This document shows, piece by piece, positions 16,758-20,000 of a stretch of 20,000 nt of DNA (positions are counted from its first letter, which is position 1; each line of letters opens with the position of its first letter). The notes under the pieces are model-generated. The model worked only from the letters and a program-made list of their open reading frames with translations, searched no databases and was not told the origin of the DNA. The position numbers and the translations under genes were made by a program. The stretch lies in IMG/VR virus record IMGVR_UViG_3300020179_000022; one strand, 5' to 3'. The stretch is from an uncultured virus (IMG/VR IMGVR_UViG_3300020179_000022). Lineage: Duplodnaviria; Heunggongvirae; Uroviricota; Caudoviricetes.

Positions 16758-17377
16758 ATATCAATAGATGTTTTTGTTTGTGCATTAGGAATTTCCATTC
16801 CTGTTTTAATCATTTCAATAAAGGGCTCAAAGCTTCTCTGTGTCAGATAGGTGAGACTATTCTGCAAAAAGCTAAGCTTGTTATCACTTGTCCTTATAGA
16901 AGCTTCTTTCTTTAGATATACATCTAGATTGGTAGCATCTATAATATCCTTTGCCACATATTCTCCTTCAGCAAGAATCTTGTTGAATTTTATTCGACAG
17001 TCATCTCTGCTTCTCTTAAGAGCTCTTGATCCTTGAAACTTCTTTGATTTGTGCTCAAAGTTATCTGTAGAAGGAAATGCATTCCACCAAGCATCGAAGT
17101 CTTCAGGCTTCTGCTTTAGCTTCTTGATTGGCTCTTTAACTTCTGAATCAGCAAATGTTAACAACTCTCTTCCTTGTTGTGTAATCTTCTCTGTTACATC
17201 AGAGACAAGACCTTTTCTAACCAAAGACTGATAGAGGCCAGCTATCTTCATACTTCCATCAATCAATGGTTGCATGTCAATATTGGCCTCTATGAGCTTC
17301 AGTAAGAAAATGTGATCTAGACTATAGGATTGCTTGAGAAGTTGTTCAAAATGGGAGGGTGTCACATTGAACTTCAT
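16754..17377 (-). CDS. putative replication initiator / helicase loader
   Basis: N-terminal winged-helix-like segment (LYQSLVRKGLV...ITQQGRELL), then FDAWWNAFP and FLQNSLTYLTQRSF as in phage replisome-organizer C-domains; ATGA-coupled to dnaB. Function inferred. Confidence 0.55.
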   Translation of the reverse strand: MKFNVTPSHFEQLLKQSYSLDHIFLLKLIEANIDMQPLIDGSMKIAGLYQSLVRKGLVSDVTEKITQQGRELLTFADSEVKEPIKKLKQKPEDFDAWWNAFPSTDNFEHKSKKFQGSRALKRSRDDCRIKFNKILAEGEYVAKDIIDATNLDVYLKKEASIRTSDNKLSFLQNSLTYLTQRSFEPFIEMIKTGMEIPNAQTKTSIDI

Positions 17378-17525
17378 TGTTCTTCTCTGTGGTTATGATG
17401 ATTTTTGCAGATTTTCTGGTTGATTCATATTCGTGGTTTGCTTGTTCCACTTCATCTCTCTTTTGCAATTGAATAATTGCAGCCTCTCTAATAGGCACGT
17501 GTTCGTGATCTTCGTTTATGTTCAT
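17346..17525 (-). CDS. 59-aa hypothetical protein ending DTLPF (not in ORF track)
   Basis: Hand translation MNINEDHEHVPIREAAIIQLQKRDEVEQANHEYESTRKSAKIIITTEKNNEVQCDTLPF*; ATGA-coupled to the upstream small ORF. Confidence 0.7.
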   Translation of the reverse strand: MNINEDHEHVPIREAAIIQLQKRDEVEQANHEYESTRKSAKIIITTEKNNEVQCDTLPF

Positions 17526-17614
17526 CGTTTTCTATTTTGTTTAATTGCAAATTCTATTAATAATGAAAAAACCAAAGTGCTGAAAAAACAGAACAATAAA
17601 AGAAAGCCAGACAT
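17522..17614 (-). CDS. 30-aa single-pass membrane peptide (not in ORF track)
   Basis: Hand translation MSGFLLLFCFFSTLVFSLLIEFAIKQNRKR*; ATG 3 nt after the upstream stop; ATGA overlap downstream. Confidence 0.62.
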   Translation of the reverse strand: MSGFLLLFCFFSTLVFSLLIEFAIKQNRKR

Positions 17615-17617
17615 AGT

Positions 17618-18094
17618 TCAAATGGTTAATAATCCAAAATTGTTATCAAAAAACTCGTAGGTTTCACGAGCTTTTGCGCCATTGAATCTAAAGACTTTTT
17701 TTAATATTCCAATGGAATATGACTTAAATATTTCCTTTTGTTTTTTAGTCAATTTCCATTCTTTCTTCCACTCTGGTTCAGTGATGGTATTACCCATTGT
17801 TTTTCCCAATATGTTAAACTGATACTCCAGAAGATGTTCTGCAACATTAGTTCTATTTATTGGAGGGTGTGGAATGTTTATGAATCTTAACAGCTTCACT
17901 TGATTTCTAAAGTCTTCCACTTCCCAAACATCAATCATTGCATTCTTCTTGATGGGCATTAATTTGATTAAGTCTTGTTTGGAATATACTATTACATATA
18001 TCACACCATTCAAATCAAAATATCTGCTTCCTCTTGTGATTGGAATATAATTTTGTGGAGGCAATGTCTCCACTTGTGAATAGGTATTTTTCAT
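17618..18094 (-). CDS. hypothetical phage protein (158 aa)
   Basis: ATG 2 nt after the polymerase stop; no motif recognised. Confidence 0.8.
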   Translation of the reverse strand: MKNTYSQVETLPPQNYIPITRGSRYFDLNGVIYVIVYSKQDLIKLMPIKKNAMIDVWEVEDFRNQVKLLRFINIPHPPINRTNVAEHLLEYQFNILGKTMGNTITEPEWKKEWKLTKKQKEIFKSYSIGILKKVFRFNGAKARETYEFFDNNFGLLTI

Positions 18095-18096
18095 AA

Positions 18097-20000
18097 TTAA
18101 AACAAAGAAATTTGGTTAGCTATTCTCTCCACCTTTTTCTTCTTCCCCTTAGTGACAATCTTCAATACAAGACCTTCTGCTTTATCAATGTAATAATCAT
18201 AGTTGATATTCATTGATATAATGTCTGTGTCTTTTGGAAGATGATTAACCACTTTGCACAACCAATCACCAGCTTCCACTTGTGAGCTGTTAGGTGCTGT
18301 AGAAGTTGAATCCTGGTTCTTGATTTTAAGTAGCTTCTCACCATCACTACTCTTTGTGATGTAATATCGAATCAACTTATTATAAATTGATGGCTCCATT
18401 CCTCTTCTATATCCCTCGTAATGAAAATCACTTGTTGACTTTTGTCTTATACAAAAATCAAAAGGATTTTTATGAAGAGTAATAGTCTGAGAAATAGGAA
18501 TGTTATCAACATAATAACGCTCAAGAGCAATAGGAACAATTCTGGAGGATTTGTTTTTATGAAGTTCAAAATCTGTGAGAAAATCCCCTTTCTTTTTAAT
18601 TTCTCCATCTGTCTTAATAGCTAGGTAGTCATTCACTGTTGAGAAGATAATTTTCCTGTAATCAGCTCTTTCTAGTTCATATCCAGTTAGCTTACACCAC
18701 CAGGCATTAATCCTATCCATCTCAGCAAGTTTGCTTTTGTGAATGTAGATTGTTACACCATCAGTATTAGCTGATATGACACGTATGTCTTTGGTTTCAT
18801 ACGCTTCGATGAGCATCATCAAAGATAATTCCCCTGTGATGGTTGTAAACATAGTGAGTTGTCTATCATATATCCAACTATTCATGTCACTAGATTTACC
18901 ATACACAGAGTTTACAGCAAGCTTCAACGCACCAACAATACCCTTAATCTTCTTGTCTTTCTTGGCAAGAGGCTTTAGTTCTAGACGCTTCTCATACATC
19001 TTTTTATAGCCTGTGAGAAACTCTTTTCCTAAATGATATGGATACTGCTTGTTATTGATGATGATGGCAGGATAGTAGCTAGAAACGTCCCAGTCAATGA
19101 TTAGATGATCTTCATCCTCTTCAAACACTTCTGGTTTGTTTTCAGTATGTAAACCGCCCTTCATGAAAGAATACACATTGTCATAGAAATGTATGTGTTC
19201 TTTGAAGTCATCATTTATGCCTAGACGTAGCTTCTTTATCTTCTTGAGAAACTGATCAAGCTGTACAGTTTTGAATTGCACATAAGGAGCAATGCATTGA
19301 CTGATAAAGATGTACTTTCTGAAATGACCCTTTCTAGGAAGTAGTTTGACATCCATTCTCTTCTCTTCACAATAGTATTTCTTGATGATCTCATCACCAA
19401 TCTTACTATCTGAATAGTTTATGCATGGAATACCAAACTCTTTCTCTATATCCAATCGTAATTGAATCTGATCATTACCCTTGTACAACGGATGTTCTGT
19501 TTCACCAATAGTCACCTTGTAAAACTCATAGGTGGCCATTACATCATTTTGACAATACTGACGTGTGAGTTTTCTATCTTCTAGAGTCATACCAATCTTT
19601 GTATGATGAATAGGCATCTCTTCAATGTTCTCGAGATCCATTTCAAACTCTAGTCTCTTTAGACTAACACGTCTGTTTTTGTTATCAAAGTGATGCACCT
19701 TGAATAGATCAATCTGACTAAGTGTAAGCTCTTCTTCACGATATTCAGCAAATACATCATAGTTTGCATCATCTATTACATCCTGAGCTTTCTGAGCAAT
19801 CATGGCTGTCACCTCAAGATTGGATTTTTCACCCCAATCCTGGCATTTTCTCAAGATCCATTCAACTATTTGGCTGTCAAATCTTAGATTATTGTAGCCT
19901 ACCCAGTAGAAATGTTTATGTCTTTCTGCAAACTCTGCAAACAATTCTATTTCATACTTGCTCTTGCTCACCTCAAACTCTCGATATGTATTCTCGTGAG
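18097..20000 (-). CDS. polB: family B DNA polymerase (5' part outside the window)
   Basis: ExoII GYNNLRFD, ExoIII YCQNDV, motif A DWDVSSYYP, motif B KLAVNSVYGK and motif C SANTDG. The frame stays open from 19971 to the window edge and ExoI is absent, so the true start lies upstream. Confidence 0.95.
   Translation of the reverse strand, partial: HENTYREFEVSKSKYEIELFAEFAERHKHFYWVGYNNLRFDSQIVEWILRKCQDWGEKSNLEVTAMIAQKAQDVIDDANYDVFAEYREEELTLSQIDLFKVHHFDNKNRRVSLKRLEFEMDLENIEEMPIHHTKIGMTLEDRKLTRQYCQNDVMATYEFYKVTIGETEHPLYKGNDQIQLRLDIEKEFGIPCINYSDSKIGDEIIKKYYCEEKRMDVKLLPRKGHFRKYIFISQCIAPYVQFKTVQLDQFLKKIKKLRLGINDDFKEHIHFYDNVYSFMKGGLHTENKPEVFEEDEDHLIIDWDVSSYYPAIIINNKQYPYHLGKEFLTGYKKMYEKRLELKPLAKKDKKIKGIVGALKLAVNSVYGKSSDMNSWIYDRQLTMFTTITGELSLMMLIEAYETKDIRVISANTDGVTIYIHKSKLAEMDRINAWWCKLTGYELERADYRKIIFSTVNDYLAIKTDGEIKKKGDFLTDFELHKNKSSRIVPIALERYYVDNIPISQTITLHKNPFDFCIRQKSTSDFHYEGYRRGMEPSIYNKLIRYYITKSSDGEKLLKIKNQDSTSTAPNSSQVEAGDWLCKVVNHLPKDTDIISMNINYDYYIDKAEGLVLKIVTKGKKKKVERIANQISLF

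Noticed and set aside
138..19009. All plus-strand ORFs in the track (60-113 aa)
   Set aside because: They lie antisense to well-supported minus-strand genes, have no motifs and show the Ser/Leu/Phe-rich composition of shadow frames. The 17433..17660 ORF is displaced by two coupled minus-strand microgenes.
1..20000. Stop-codon reassignment (TAG or TGA), as known in some crAss-like phages
   Set aside because: Conserved genes are full length in the standard code and coding density is near complete. TGA is used in ATGA couplings, and TAG ends genes just before terminators (1172, 3907).
15675..20000. Inteins or introns in PolB and DnaB (also checked RecA and primase)
   Set aside because: Motif spacing is compact, with no C...HN-(C/S/T) splice junctions, LAGLIDADG blocks or frame interruptions.
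1..20000. CRISPR arrays, tRNAs, structured ncRNAs or replication-origin iterons
   Set aside because: After adding the microgenes no intergenic gap exceeds about 110 nt, and the larger gaps are mostly explained by terminators or promoters. No regularly spaced repeats were seen by eye.

Overview
This is a dense, AT-rich gene cluster lying entirely on the minus strand. It reads as the DNA replication, recombination and repair module of a tailed dsDNA phage, probably crAss-like or a related Bacteroidota phage. The host and taxon are inferred from gene content, A-rich leaders without a Shine-Dalgarno sequence, and a TTG-N20-TAAATTCG promoter. In transcription order (right to left) it encodes: family B DNA polymerase (5' end outside the window), small ORFs, a putative initiator/helicase loader, DnaB-like helicase, SF2 helicase, AAA_24/Sak4-like ATPase, putative SSB, a DUF6165-like protein, primase, a DUF932-like protein, a uracil-DNA glycosylase-fold protein, rIIA, rIIB, an HhH-glycosylase-like protein, an HNH nuclease, a PD-(D/E)xK exonuclease and RecA. 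Four intrinsic terminators are present. The most unusual observations are: a UNG homologue with GMCPYH in place of catalytic GQDPYH and a DEDLPF SSB-like tail; host beta-clamp-like motifs on the polymerase and the DUF932-like protein; a zinc-finger insert in rIIB; and three microproteins missing from the ORF track (a 38-aa zinc ribbon, a 30-aa membrane peptide and a 59-aa protein ending DTLPF). All family assignments come from recognising motifs by eye; no searches were run.
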